Both the position numbers and the translations under genes were made by a program. Positions 10,469 to 25,118 of a DNA stretch of 64,000 nt are shown in pieces. Positions within the stretch are counted from its first letter, which is position 1. Each line of letters starts with the position of its first letter. Source of the DNA: Trichodelitschia bisporula (taxonomy: Eukaryota); contig ML996695.1 in the NCBI GenBank assembly GCA_010356995.1, positions 9,061-73,060 of the forward strand, given 5' to 3'. A model generated the notes under the pieces. The model saw nothing but the letters and a program-made list of their open reading frames with translations, was not told the DNA's origin and searched no databases.

Positions 10469-12512
10469 ATGACTTCTGTCAACGGAAGCTTCATCAAAAA
10501 TGGCACGACCACGGCGAGCGGCATCTTCGCCCCGAGCGTTACGCCTCCCGCGAGCAGTCCGCCCTCCAGCCCGCTAACCAGTCCGCAAGTTGGCGGAATC
10601 AATCCACCTGCCATCCATGGCAGCTTCAGCAGCACCATAACGGCTGAGAGTGACTTTACAGCGTCCTCTTTATCTACGAGGTCCGCCACCTGGGCCGCTA
10701 CGTCCACTGCCGCCTGCCGCTTCTGCAGCGGCCTCTCACTCGATGCGCTCGCCTCGCGGGCCGGCTACCTCCATGCCTATAGCCGCTCCAGCCTGGTACG
10801 CAGCGCGCAGACCTGCCGGTTGTGCTCGCTACTCTTCCGCAAAGACCGCAGCCGACGAAGCGCACAGCTACGGCTGAGCCTGGCGCGTGAGAATGGCCAG
10901 ACGTGCCTCCGCGTCGAGCACGTTGGAGGCAAGCACCGCATCAGTCTGTCGCTATACACTCTGGAGGGTGAGTTCAGTACCTTTTCTCCCCTCTTTAGTT
11001 CTAGTTTGCTGACGCTCACTGAAAGGCAACCCGGCAACCGCACGTGGCATCACTGTCAAGCGTGAGCTCTCCCACACAGCGTCCCCTCAGTCCTTCGATA
11101 CGGCTGCCACCTGGATCGAGGCTTGCGCGGCGAACCACAATTGTAACAAGAACCTCCCGCTTATGCAGGACAGCATGCCGTCGCGGCTCATCGACGTTGA
11201 GGCATTTGACAACTCGTCTAATGTGCGGCTGGTGGACAATGACGGTAGCTGCTGCAAGTACATCACATTGAGCTACTGCTGGGGCAAGACACGAACATTC
11301 ACGACGACGTCGCGCTCTCTGCGGTTGCGCAAGAGACAAATTTCTTTTAGCGCTCTCCCACGTACCTTCCAAGACGCTATCAGCATTGCGCGCCGACTAC
11401 GTGTCCGCTGGATCTGGATCGACGCCATCTGCATCATCCAGGATGACCGCCGCGACTGGGAGCGCGAATCGGCCAAGATGGGTGCCGTATACAGCATGGC
11501 GTACTTGACGATTGCTGCGGATGCGGGCGTCGACTGCAACAGTGGATGCTTCAACGACTCCAGCACAACACAGGAGGCCGACTTTGCACCGCTAGAGCTC
11601 ACCTCGGGCGTCTTCATCTGGGATCCGAGTCGACGGATGCGCCCGCCCGAGATTGACGGCTCTCCGCTCGCCCAACGCGGCTGGGTCTGCCAGGAACGTA
11701 TCCTTTCCCCGCGCATCCTGCACTACACCCGCACCCAGCTATTTTGGGAGTGCCGCGAGGAGCTGCAGGCTGAGGACGGACTGCGGCCCTGGGTCGAGGC
11801 GGAGACCGTGTGCGGGCTGGCACGGAATCTTTACGGTGACGGTGACCAGGACAACCTGCTACATATCTGGTACACCAAGGTTGTCGCACAGAGCTATTCA
11901 GGGCGCCGATTGACGCTGCCGGACGACAAGCTTGCGGCCATCAGCGGACTTGCACGCGCCTTTCATCGCCACTTTGACTGTGCGTACGTGGCAGGCTTGT
12001 GGCTGCGCGATCTCGATTATGGTCTCAGTTGGCGGAGGCGTGGGCCTGCAACACGTCTCGCACAGTATCGCGCGCCCAGCTTTTCGTGGGCTGCGATTGA
12101 CGGTGTGGTCGAATGGCCGGCGCGGAGTGTGAGTGCCCTCAAGGTTGAGGATGTCTGGGTGGATTTGGAGGGCGAAGACGCACATGGAAGAGTTAGGGCG
12201 TGCTGGATCAGGGTTACGGGACAAGTGAGGCGGGCCAGAGTTGTTGCAAGGAAGAGGATCAGTGCTGGTGGGTGGGATGTGGTATGGGAGCTGCGGAGTC
12301 TGACGGATGCTTGGCTCGGGACGGCGTTCATGGACGAGGAAGAAGAGGGCAGTGAGGTGGAATGCCTGGTGCTGAGCGAGAAGCAGGCGCTGATCTTGGG
12401 CGACGGCCAGCGGGAGGGCGAGTTCGTCCGTCGCGGAGTGGCGGAGATCGCTGGGTATGAGGGGAAGTTCACGGATGATGGCGAGGGCATGCGGACTGTA
12501 ACGATATTTTGA
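10469..12512 (+). CDS. HET-domain (heterokaryon incompatibility-type) protein; intron ~10968-11025
   Basis: PSRLIDV, YITLSYCWG, LPRTFQDAI, WIDAICIIQDD, MGAVYSMAYLTIAA, RGWVCQERILSPR, APSFSWAA. Confidence 0.9.
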
Positions 12513-14137
12513 TCCATCTCAGGCGGAGTTCAGACGGATACCCAAAATTTGACGGCATATAGGGAAACTGGGGTTTGGTGTTCCCTTCGTGGTTCCGGCC
12601 ACTCTTTCGGAGCAGCACATATGACGCTAGTCTTTACACCTGTAACATATGGAGGTCGTCATATCAACAGCGCATCTAGTACGACTCTCCGGTGTCAGGA
12701 TCTGAGTCTAAGTCGTTACCCGGCATCCCAGCCTCGATCACGGAGTTCAGGGCCGGCGAAGTAGATTTCTGTTCGTCCTTCATCTGGATATCCTCTTGCT
12801 AGCATCGGAAGCACTTCGATCCAGGTGCTGAGGCTCGCGTCTTCGCTTCCCATTTCGTCCTCATTTTGCAACTCTGACTCGGGGACGTTCTGATCGACTC
12901 CGACTGTCCGGCAGCCATGTTTGACTGTCTCTCTCTCGAGTTTCTACCGCAACTGTTCAGTTCTAGAGGCCGATATCGGGTTCTGGGGCAGCAAGCTTCC
13001 CGGCTCCTACTGGCGACGCAAGATCCCCTTTGAGCACGTTTTTCGGACTTGAGTCCGTTGAAGTCATCGCCTGGCGGCAACAGCTTTGGTCCTCGCAGCA
13101 CGAGCACGTGTGTATGCCGGCAATGCTCACTCCTGGCGATCACCACCTGCGGTGTTCGCATCCCATTCTTGCGATCACAGACTTGCCTGCTAGCCCGAGA
13201 CTCAGATATCGCACTGGTGAGGACTATCACAATGGCAACGCGCGAATCATTTTATGGCAATAATACCGGCTTCTTGCTTAAGAAGGGTGAAAAGGAGTCA
13301 CCCGAAGCACAGTGTCTTGTACTGTTTTCTCGTCCCTCGATTTTTGCCCCTCCTTACCTGCCTAGTGATTTCCATCTGGAATTGTGAGCGCATGGATTGC
13401 AAGCTCCGTGGTATGCAGGTATATGCCCTAAGAGCAAGTAGATCTCTGCATCATCATTTCATCCCGTCCTCGCCCGTGCTGTCCTGGCTCTCCCAAATCC
13501 ACATGGATGCAGTCGAAATCATCTCGTTCACGTGCAGGCCAGGATGATGACACGCATATTCCTGCGCAACCCAAGCACCGCAGCACCTTACCGGCCTCCC
13601 CAACAGCTCGAAATGAGGCCCAGAGCCTGCAGATCATCACTTTCGATCCCCGAGATTTCAACCCCGCTGCCCAAACGCCACCAGCGCACTGACACGGCCA
13701 GCCTTGCGCTACCGCCGCCACCTCCAGCCTTGCTGACCGGGGCCGAGCTCCATACCGTACGTACCATAGTACTCGGCTGTCGATTGCCATGGTGCCTCTA
13801 GGGCCATTTGCATATGACGATTAGGGTCCAGGCTCTTGGGTTGAGTAAGCCGCGGGGCTGGATGCTACTCTGCTAGCTGCTTTCAGAGTCAGAATCGCAG
13901 CATCAATTGCTACGACTTCTTTGTCCATGATATGACCAACAACACCCGAGCCATGCAGCTCGAATCCGTACCGACGTCTCCAGCCCGGCGAATGTCGGGC
14001 CTGTTCATTGCTCAAGGGGATTGCCCAATGGAGCGGGGCACAGGCACCAAATGATCCGACATATGCATCCGACAAGATGCATGGCCCATTTCTCCACACT
14101 CAGAAACTTCACTGCAATGAAAATTTCTGAACCCTGC

Positions 14138-14282
14138 TGAGTCAAGCATTGCGTCACATGGCGCGCAGGCGAAAATGCGGAGTACAGGCAAAGACCCAGG
14201 GTAGCCAATCACACTCTAGCTCCGACGTCGGCACCCCCGCGTATAGAAAATTGACTTCAAGGCACATTTAAGCGGGGAGTCA
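14138..14282. promoter_or_regulatory. Gcn4/CpcA response elements upstream of homocitrate synthase
   Basis: TGAGTCA 14138-14144, TGCGTCA 14150-14156 and GAGTCA 14277-14282, within 230 bp of the ATG of an amino-acid biosynthesis gene. Confidence 0.65.
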
Positions 14283-14366
14283 CCACCAAAACTCTGCCCT
14301 TATAGCCTGCCCCACTGCCCTCTTCTCTTTCACCATCTCCGCAAAGCAACCAGCATCCTGCCCATC

Positions 14367-15952
<1,586 letters not shown>

Positions 15953-17222
15953 GCTTAGAGACGGGGGACGAGAGACTAGTGCCTGTAGTTCTGACGTGGA
16001 GAGCATAGCATGGTCGGCAAAAAGGCGGGGGCGGACTAAAAACGTCGTTCACGCATTGCACGCTTGCATTTGTGTTTCTTTTGGGTGGTGTAGCTGGGTG
16101 CCGGGTCGGCGTTTTTGGACTATCTGTAAATATGGTGATGAGAATTTATGATACTGCCTAAGCTTAATGACTGTGATGTTCTTATAAAAGGTCAGCCGGT
16201 TCGGGACTTGCACGCCGGCTCCGAGCGGAGCAGATGGGCTCAATGTTACGTGTCACCGGCCCTTTTTTTGATATCTCTTAGGGCCACAGTCGAACTGGAC
16301 CCCTCTCTATCTGCGCCCCACATGGGTTCAAGTGGGGCCGTTGGCAGTGTTGACCGGATGTTTGACGGGAGGAATCCAGGGATGGCTTGTTTCGTTCCAA
16401 ACTTCATACATTGGCCCTTGGTGTGGCCGGAGATGGTCCCGTCGAAGTGAATGCCGGAGGACATCGGACGTCGGACTTGGAGATTTCAGTTACTTACCTA
16501 AAGCGCAGAAAGGTATACCTTCCATTGTAATATCCAGTGAAGCTTATGCTGCCTTGATTTTAAGACGTTGGGTCGTCATCTAGCAAGTTCACTTTGTATA
16601 TTTAGAAGTTTGGTGGAATAAAGCTCTGGAATGCTGAATGCGGAAGGCGGTCATGCGAGCAACTTCGCCTCGATATAATTCAGTGCTAGACGCCGTAGTT
16701 ACATGGAAAGTTTCATTCGCCATTTCTGCGTAAATGCTCGGTGATCGGCTTTTAACGTAGGTGATGAATCCGAAGCACCAGTTGCTCCGCATAGAGCCCT
16801 GCCGCGGTCGAAATACTGCGGTCCCGATATCCCGAAGGAGGGGCTAATGTCAACATCTAGCCGAGCAGGAGTTTGACCAGAAGGGCATCCAGGGTAGGCT
16901 GAAGGCTCTCTCGAAAGATGAGAGAAAGGCAGCCTTGCTGTTGCACCTTGTCACGACCCAATGACCTAAACGGTATAAACTTCAGCCTTGATCGGAGTTG
17001 CACGTCTTTGGCCACTTGCCGGGTGCCAACAGAGCTCAGGTTTCCCAGGACAGAAGTCGTTGGGAGACGTATGCACATCATCAACGCCGCGAAGTCATTA
17101 CACCACTGAAGGCCGTCTCTCATACCCAATCTACAGTCTATCTACAAAGCCCGCAAACCGCAGCAATACGTTAAACCGTACAATACAAATGGTATCAAAA
17201 GCCCCGTCTACCGAGAAAACAC

Positions 17223-19087
17223 CTAAGCCCCGCGCAACAAATCCACGCCCTCGACACCAAACCCAAAGTCAAGCACCACCGCACGGCCGTCTTGGCTGGT
17301 TGCCACGATCCGCCGCCAGTCGCTCTTCGCCGCCAAAATCCAACTCGTAGTCCAATTGCTGTACACACCAAGCTCGCGCCCCGACTCAAACGAGTACACG
17401 CGGACGTCCTGGTCGTAGCTTCCGCTGATGATGCGCCCGTTCGCGCCGTCCAAATACAGCGAGCGGACAAGTCCCTGGTGCCCCGACAGGCGCGCAATGC
17501 ACGCCTGCGTCGACGCCGAGTACTTGTAAATCAGCTGGTCGTTCCCGCCGGCGAGGACGTAGGCGCCGTCATCCGAGAACTCCACTGCCGCCAGGCCGCG
17601 GTCCTGGCTGTTGAAGCAGCGAACCTCGCACATGCGGTTTAGGTCCCAAAGCTTCGAGTACCCGTCCCCGGACGCGCTGACGAGCATATCGCCGCGCATC
17701 TGCACCGCGTTGACTGGTCCCTTGTGTCCGGCGAGCACTTTGAGCAGCTGGCCCGTCGCACGGTCCCACACGCAAATGTTCCAGTCCTTGGAGCACGAAA
17801 TTATGCGTGTCTCATCGAAGCATATATCAAGAACGCCGGCGGAGTGATAGCGTAAGCGGTGGCGCGGCTGGTACGTCTTTACGTCCCACACAATACAGGT
17901 GCTGTCGGAGGAGCCGGTAACCAAAATATCATCGTCAAACTGGAGGCAAAGAATCGAGGCGGTGTGATAGTCGGACGGAACGTGAAAGATCACATCTCCC
18001 TCCGGAGTGCCGTTTAAGCTCGGGTGCGCAACAACGGTCCTGGGGTGCGTCTCGAGTTCCTCCGCTGGAGCTTTCGGCTTCGCCTGAGGGCCACCAATGA
18101 CCTTGATGCAGCGGTAGGTCTGCATGTCCCACACGCGGATGGTACGGTCGCGCGATCCGGTAATCAGCTTCCGTTCATCAAATTGCGCGCAGTAGACGCT
18201 GTCCGTATGTCCGGTGAAGTAGATGGCGTTGGGCTTCTGGGCCTCCCAGTTGCGTTCGACAGCGCGTCGCGCGCGCGCCATCTTCTGCCACTGCTGCGCC
18301 GCTGTGATATCCGGGCCAATGCCACGCCCACCCATTGCGACGGGGGCGCGCGGCATCCACTGCGAGAGAAAGACAGCGCGCCAGACGGCAGGTGTAGAGG
18401 CAACGCGATACCAGCGACGGGAGACCTGCGCGGCACGAGCGAGGGAGCGGTCGTCCAGATGTTGAAATATGGCAGCTGCGAGTTCGGGAGGAAGGAGTTT
18501 AAAGGGATCTGATTCTGCGTTAGCAGTTACTCTCCGCGTCGAACCACGCATTGACACAAAAACATACCAACTGCTCTGCCTGTGGCACCACGCACCATGC
18601 CCGTCATTTCGTCGAGGCCGGCGACATCGCTCAATTCACTGTCGCGCAGCTTCTTGTCCGCGGCGGCACGCACGGCGGCTCTCGCAGCCGCACCCGGCGC
18701 GCGGATGGGGAGGGCAAGGTGCGGGTGTGATGCTGTTCTTTCCAGACTCGATTGTGTGCGCTCTGCAGGAGGCTGCGGCGCGGTCGGTGTTTCCCGCGTC
18801 ATCTTGAGTGTAGGTACAACGTCGCCGGATACGGGAGGCGGAGGAGGCAGGCGCGGAGAGAGCGAGTCTTCAATACGGCGCGTTTCGCGGATGGCCCAAG
18901 CCTTGAAGCTGCGAACGAGTGTCTTGATACCGGGACGTTTTGCCGATGGTGGAGGTTGTGGTGAACGGATGAGATCTTGTGTTGCGCGACGGACAGGTCG
19001 GAGGTCAACGTCGGAGTCAACTGGGAGAAGAGGATGTGCAGAGACGGAGAGAGTTTTGGCCGTGTGAGGTCGGCGTGGGCGCGCCAT
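17223..19087 (-). CDS. F-box/WD40-repeat SCF substrate adaptor; intron ~18515-18568
   Basis: F-box LLPPELAAAIFQHLD...VSRRW; multiple GH..WD repeats. Confidence 0.9.
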
Positions 19088-19844
19088 TGCTGTCTTATGC
19101 GCTGGTCCCTCTTGCAGATTTTTTTTTCTTGCTGAGGTGGCGGTCAGGGCGGTGGGGAATGCATGAGGGCCAGCAGGAAGGGAGGCTCTTTAGTTGGCCG
19201 GCAGGGAAAGTAGGAATGCAATAAAAGGAGCGAGAGGAAGGGAACGGAATAGAGAGCCTAGACAGAGGGCTAATTGAGAGACTGTAGCGAGACAAAAAGG
19301 GAGTTAAGAGGTGGCAAAGGGGAAAGTTGGAGAGAATTCGGGGAAGAAAGTCGGGGGGGCGGAGAGAGAGAAGGGGATGAGGGAGAGCATTGGCGTGTTT
19401 TGGTGTTGAGTCCAAGGGCGGTCTGGGCGACGGGGGGTTTCAACGGGCAACGGTGGGTGGACGCCCTTCAGAACAACACCAAGCAATCATAACTCGCAAT
19501 GTCAACGCCGGGACGGGAGAGGCTCAACACCGGCACCGTTTCGGACACAATGCATCCTGCAAAGTTGTGTTTTGGGAATATCTCTGAGGTTCATTGGGGC
19601 TTCCTCTAGAAATAACTGGGGCTCTCTCTCTACGTGCGTAGTCTGACTGGAGCACATTGGGGCACATATCCTTAGGAAGCATCTCGGGGCAATGCATAAT
19701 GCACACAGAGTGTTTCATGCACAAATCACATCCTTAAAAGACATTCATGTCTAGTTCATCACACACAACGCTGTGATCAATGCATTGTCGCAGTTTTCAA
19801 TGCTACCGACACAGCGCCAACTCCCGTAAAGTAGTCAACAACGC

Positions 19845-20781
19845 CTATTCCTCAGCCTCGCCGCCCTGCTCCGCCAACCGCTGCTGTTCCGCAGCCGCAG
19901 CGAGAGCCGCCGCCTTCGCACCGTAGTCCTGGCTGGTCGGCTGCACCACCGACGGCTCATCCTTCGGCTCGATGATGGTGACGCTGTCGGGGAGGGACTT
20001 GGACGGGCCGTTCTTGCCCTCGGGATCGGAGCCGCGCATGATCTTGACCTTGATACCGAGCACACCCTGGCGCAGGAGAACGTGGCGCACAGCGGAGTCG
20101 ATGAAGTCCTTGGCGGGCTGACCGGAATGGATCATGAAGCCGTCCTAGAGTCGTCAGCAGTTGCATGTGGTATATCGCGGTCGAAAATCGCCGGCATTGG
20201 ACGTACCGTGAACTTCATGCTCTTCGCACGCGCAGCACGCAGCTTGCCGCTGACAACAACCTCGCAACCCTTGGCACCGCTCTCCATGATGAAGCGCAGC
20301 ACACCGTAGCAAGCACGACGCACGGCCAGGCCGTTGAGGAGCTTGTAGCGCAGGGACTCGCACTGAGCGACGGCCGACAGACCGCGGTTCTGCACCTTGG
20401 CGGCGTAGAGGGAGACGGAGTTCTCTGGGAACTTGAAGCGCTTCTGGATGAGCGACGTGAGCTCGCGGATGCGGCGGCCGCCCTCGCCCAGGACCTCCTG
20501 CGTGTGCGTCGCACGGATGATGATGTCCGTCACCGTGGGCGTCACGCGGACCTCGACACCAGAATAGCCCTCCTCGGCCAGCTCGCGCTGGAAGAACTCG
20601 TTAAGCTCGGCGTAGAAAACGCCATCTGTGGAGAGTTAGAATGAGCTTCAATTGCGCGATTTGCAAAATGCGTACCAGCGACGAACTTCCTCCGCTTGGA
20701 GCTGCATCACATTAGTATGTCATTTCCTCGGCTTGTGTTCAATCCGGAGACTTACATTGCGGCACCTTGAGTAGCGGCCAT
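19845..20781 (-). CDS. RPS3: 40S ribosomal protein S3 (uS3), 3 introns
   Basis: [64 protein letters not shown]. Confidence 0.97.
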
Positions 20782-20952
20782 TGTCGCGATGTGTGATGTC
20801 GGGTGATGAAATTTGGTGGTGGTGGTGGGGAAGGTGTATGTGTGGGTGCCAGTGATATGTTGGCGAGACTTATCGATAAGGGCCCGTGCGTGGCTTGAAC
20901 GGCTTGGCACATGCCTACAGCAACACTCTAGACCCGCTCGTCATTCACCACC

Positions 20953-23435
20953 ATGGACCGCATCAAGATCTCTAAGGTATTCACCCTATTGCTCCCCTTA
21001 CTTGCACTCACACTCAATAACTATAGGTCGACGACGTCGTCTGTTGGCGGCAGGGCCAACGCGTCGAGGGGACCCTTCACCTCACCGCCCACCACATCAT
21101 CTTCCGCTTCCCCGTGGGGGAGGCCGTCCGCGAACAATGGATCACCTATCCCATGATCGCCTTCTGCACCTACCGGCCCTCACCGCCGGCCATCAGACTG
21201 CGGTGTCGTGACTTTACCTTTGTCGCCTTTCACTTCCTCACCGATGAAGCGCACGACGTCTTCCTCAGCATCAAGGCCCTAAGCCGCGTCGGCCGCCTTG
21301 AGAAGCTCTATGCCTTTAGCTACCGCCCACACGGTCCCGAGCGTGCCGTAAATGGCTGGGATTTGTACGATGCGCGGCACGAACTGGCTCGGCAGGGCGT
21401 GGGCGAGGAGGGGAGCGCGTGGCGCGTGACAGATATCAACGCCGACTACAAGGTGTGCTCGCCATTCCAGTGTGAAGACTCCACTCATTTGTAGTACTCT
21501 CCGACGTACCCAGCAGTGCTCGCTGTTCCCACCGCCATTTCCGATAACGTCCTCAACTATGCCGGCAAGTACCGTTCACGCGCACGCATACCCGTGTTGA
21601 CCTACATCCATCCGGTAAACAACTGCACAATCACTCGTAGCTCCCAGCCGCTGGTTGGAGTGCGCGGAAACCGCAGCCCGCAGGACGAGAAGCTGGTGGC
21701 GGCGATCTGCGCGTCGTCGTCCGCTGGGGACGGGGTTTATGGCGCGCAGCAAAGCAACCTTATCGTCGATGCACGGCCGACCGTCAACGCGTATGCGATG
21801 CAGGCTGTCGGGATGGGTTCCGAGAACATGGAAAACTACCGCTGCGCGACCAAGGCGTATCTCGGTATCGATAATATCCATGTGATGCGCAAGTCTCTGC
21901 TCGAGGTGGTCGATGCCCTCAAAGACTCGGACCTCACGCCGCTGCCGCCTAGCCGCGAGCAACTGGCCAAGAGCGGCTGGATACGGCACATTGCTAACAT
22001 GCTGGACGGCGCGGCGCTCATTGCCCGCACCATCGGCATTCAGCACTCGCATGTACTGATTCACTGCTCCGACGGTTGGGATCGTACCGCACAGCTAAGC
22101 GCCCTCGCCCAGCTCTGCCTCGATCCGTTCTTTCGCACATTCGAAGGTTTCATGGTGCTCGTTGAGAAGGATTGGGTCTCGTTTGGACACATGTTCCGCC
22201 ACCGTGCAGGCTTCCTCGGGAGCGAGAAGTGGTTTGAGGTCGACGATGGGCGGGCGCTCAAAAGCTTCTTCAAGCGCGACGAGGTCGAAGACGACGACAT
22301 CAAAGTCAAGGAGACGAGTCCAGTGTTTCACCAGTTTCTCGACGCGACATGGCAGCTTACGCGTCAACACCCGACGCGCTTCGAGTTCAATGCGAGGTTT
22401 CTCCGCCGTCTCTTGTATCACCTCTACAGTTGCCAATATGGCACGTTCTTATGGGACAACGAGCGCGAGCGCGTCGAGGCAAAAGCCCGTCAGCGCACGC
22501 GCTCCGTCTGGGACTACTTCCTCGCGCGACGCGAACAGTTCGTCAACGAGCAATACGATCCGGTGGTCAATGACCACGTGGTCGGCCGTGAACGTATCTT
22601 GCTGCCGCGCAAAGACGACGTGCGCTGGTGGGCGGATGTTTTTGGGCGGACAGATAGCGAGATGAACGGGTTGACCCGGGACAGCAGCACGGCAAGCAGC
22701 CTCGAAGGCGCTGTGGAGGGCAGCCGCGAGTGGCTGGGTAAGTCGCGAGAGTCTTTGCGCGAACCCGGCAGCCGTGACTCAATGGCCGATTCCGTCGATG
22801 TTAAGGACGCTGTGGGCAAGGAAGCTCTGGCGGAGGCACTCCAGTCGATTGAGGAACCGCCGAAGGATGTACCCGATATGTCGGATCCCGAATTGCTCCT
22901 CAAAGACGGTTCCGACTCGTCACCAGCGGAGTCCTTTGATCCGCTCCCCGAACTGCCCGACAGGGGGTTGCACTCTAGTCCACCCTCCGAACTGCCCTCC
23001 AAGGCACCAACACCTGCACCGCCAGATGATGCGGTCGGCACACCACCGCTGGTTGGGACATCCGCTCCTTCGACACCGCCGGTCTCTGCAGAACCGGTCG
23101 TGTCCGAGACCGTGTCCAACTGGACATCCCCACGCTCCTCCGGTCTCGCAGCCTCCGGACTTACGTCTACCGACCCAGATTCAGACACTCGTGCCTCCTT
23201 CCCACGCGGTCAGCTTCCGCGCTCCGGTCCACGCGCTGTAGTGCGCCAGACACTGCATGCGGAGTTTGATCCGCTGGCTTTGGACGAGCCGACACCCGTC
23301 GCGCCAGGCCCTCGTGAGAGTTCACCCGCGGGGATAGTTGGTGTAGGCATTGCTGCGGGGCTGGCGAAGCTAGGGATCGGCAAGAAAACAGCTGATTCAA
23401 GTGCGGGAGGAGCCGACGGGGTGGAGATGCGGTAG
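20953..23435 (+). CDS. YMR1: Myotubularin-family phosphoinositide 3-phosphatase, 2 introns
   Basis: Catalytic HCSDGWDRT, RSSQPLVG, EKDWVSFGHMF, SPVFHQFLD. Confidence 0.93.
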
Positions 23436-24056
23436 AGGTGGGAATTCAGCGACCTGCGGTACTGGAGTTCGGGCTGCATTGGTTACGGTGGTTGGTGGGC
23501 ATTTTTGGCGTATTGTTCGATAAGCGGCTTGATTAGGATGGGCATGACAACGAGTCTGATTCTTTTGGGAACAGCGTCGTGACATTGTGTTTTACGGTCG
23601 AGTAAAGGCGGGCTCCGGTTGCCTCGATGGTTGTTACTGAGGGTAGACCGGCACGGGGCACGATGGTCTTCGAGTCTGTCGTGGAAGAAGCGGCCGGCAT
23701 CACTGTCGGCTTCACATGGTGTCGACAACAAAGAATATGGCGGCATCGGAACTGGTTTGCATATTAGTTGCTGGTATACGCGCAAAACATGAGGTCATTT
23801 TCTGGGAAGCTGACTACAGTTGATGGTCCCGCTCCATCGTCTTTCGTGTACCTTCTCTCTGGCGGACTTCAGGTTTGTTATCCCTTATGGTCCTTCTTCT
23901 CATCAATTATTGCGCTGCGCAACTCCCGGAGTTAGTATGCATCGTGTCCACCTCCTTCATGACTCCGCCCGTTGTGTTCCGCGCCGCCGCTGCTAGCTCG
24001 GCTCTCGGCCCTCCGCACTCAACTTTACCCCCGCAAACTCTTCCATCAAAGCATCT

Positions 24057-24146
24057 GCGGCTTTAGCTCAGTTGGGAGAGCGTCAGACTGAAGTGTACTT
24101 CGGTCAAGGCATCTGAAGGTCACCCGTTCGATCCGGGTAAGCCGCA
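24057..24146 (+). tRNA. tRNA-Phe(GAA) with intron
   Basis: Acceptor GCGGCTT/AAGCCGC, D arm AGCTCAGTTGGGAGAGCG, anticodon CT-GAA-G, GTTCGATCC, downstream T-run. Confidence 0.93.
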
Positions 24147-25024
24147 ATTTTTATTTTTCGATGAGTTTTGGAGGTGCCGCGCCCGTCTTTTAGGCCATGA
24201 TCGTGTATGAGGCGATTCTGAGTGCGGTTGGTCAGAGGGAGCGCCGGCAACGCGACCAGCTGGATTCATCATGACGACTCACGGGAAGCCTGTCGGGTTA
24301 CAACATTCATCTTTTTTTACAGCATTTTCACATCGTCATACAGTCTCACGTACGGATTTCCGCCAGCGACCACTGTCCATAAAACCATGACCGTCAACAT
24401 ACAAGGTCTACCGAAGGATCAATCCAATGCGAGCTGGATCTGATATGGACGCCGCCACCGATTCGTCCGTATGTCTTGTGACGCCCTAAACCAGCCATTT
24501 CGGAGCCGAGTCCGCGAACCAGCGCAGCTGAGTTCGAAAGTGGAGCTGAATGTGTTGAGCTTAGATGAGTGAACTCTCAGCGTCCCGATGTGACAGAACA
24601 ATTTGATCGGAGAGAATCCTTTGGTTTCAGTCTGCTTGGGAGGTATGTTGGCTCTTGAATCGAGGTGCCTGCGCATCAGCTATCGGTGAGGTGTGGAATC
24701 CTCCCGCAGAGCGTTCCCAAGCTCATCGGCTGCTGTTGGTACATGCTCATCACTCTGCCCATTCCATGATCCGTCCTGCTGTGCATCTACTGCAGAGCAG
24801 CCTCTATTTGAGAGACCCAGTAGGTAACGACATGCTCGCCCTCCTTGTCAATTCGTGATAATTGCATCTGAAGAGGGTTGAGTGGCAGCGAACTGGCATT
24901 GCACATCCCCGAGCGAGGTCACCCCATGCCTCACCTTTCTCCAGCCTGAGCGTGAGCAGAAAGCTCCTTTTAGCATTGCCTTCTTTATTAATTTTAAAGG
25001 AGCAGCACAAAATACCATCAAATA

Positions 25025-25118
25025 TCCGATATGGTCTAGTGGTTAGGATCACCCGCTCTCATCCAGCAGAGTTAGCTTCGGCGCCGGGTAGGCCCGGGTT
25101 CGATTCCCGGTATCGGAA
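25025..25118 (+). tRNA. tRNA-Glu(CTC) with 22-nt intron
   Basis: Acceptor TCCGATA/TATCGGA, stem ACCCG/CGGGT, anticodon CTC, GGTTCGATTCC. Confidence 0.93.

Noticed and set aside
16180..16270. TATA, GC-rich segment and T7 run suggesting a Pol III ncRNA
   Set aside because: No A/B boxes or snRNA, SRP, RNase P/MRP signatures recognised
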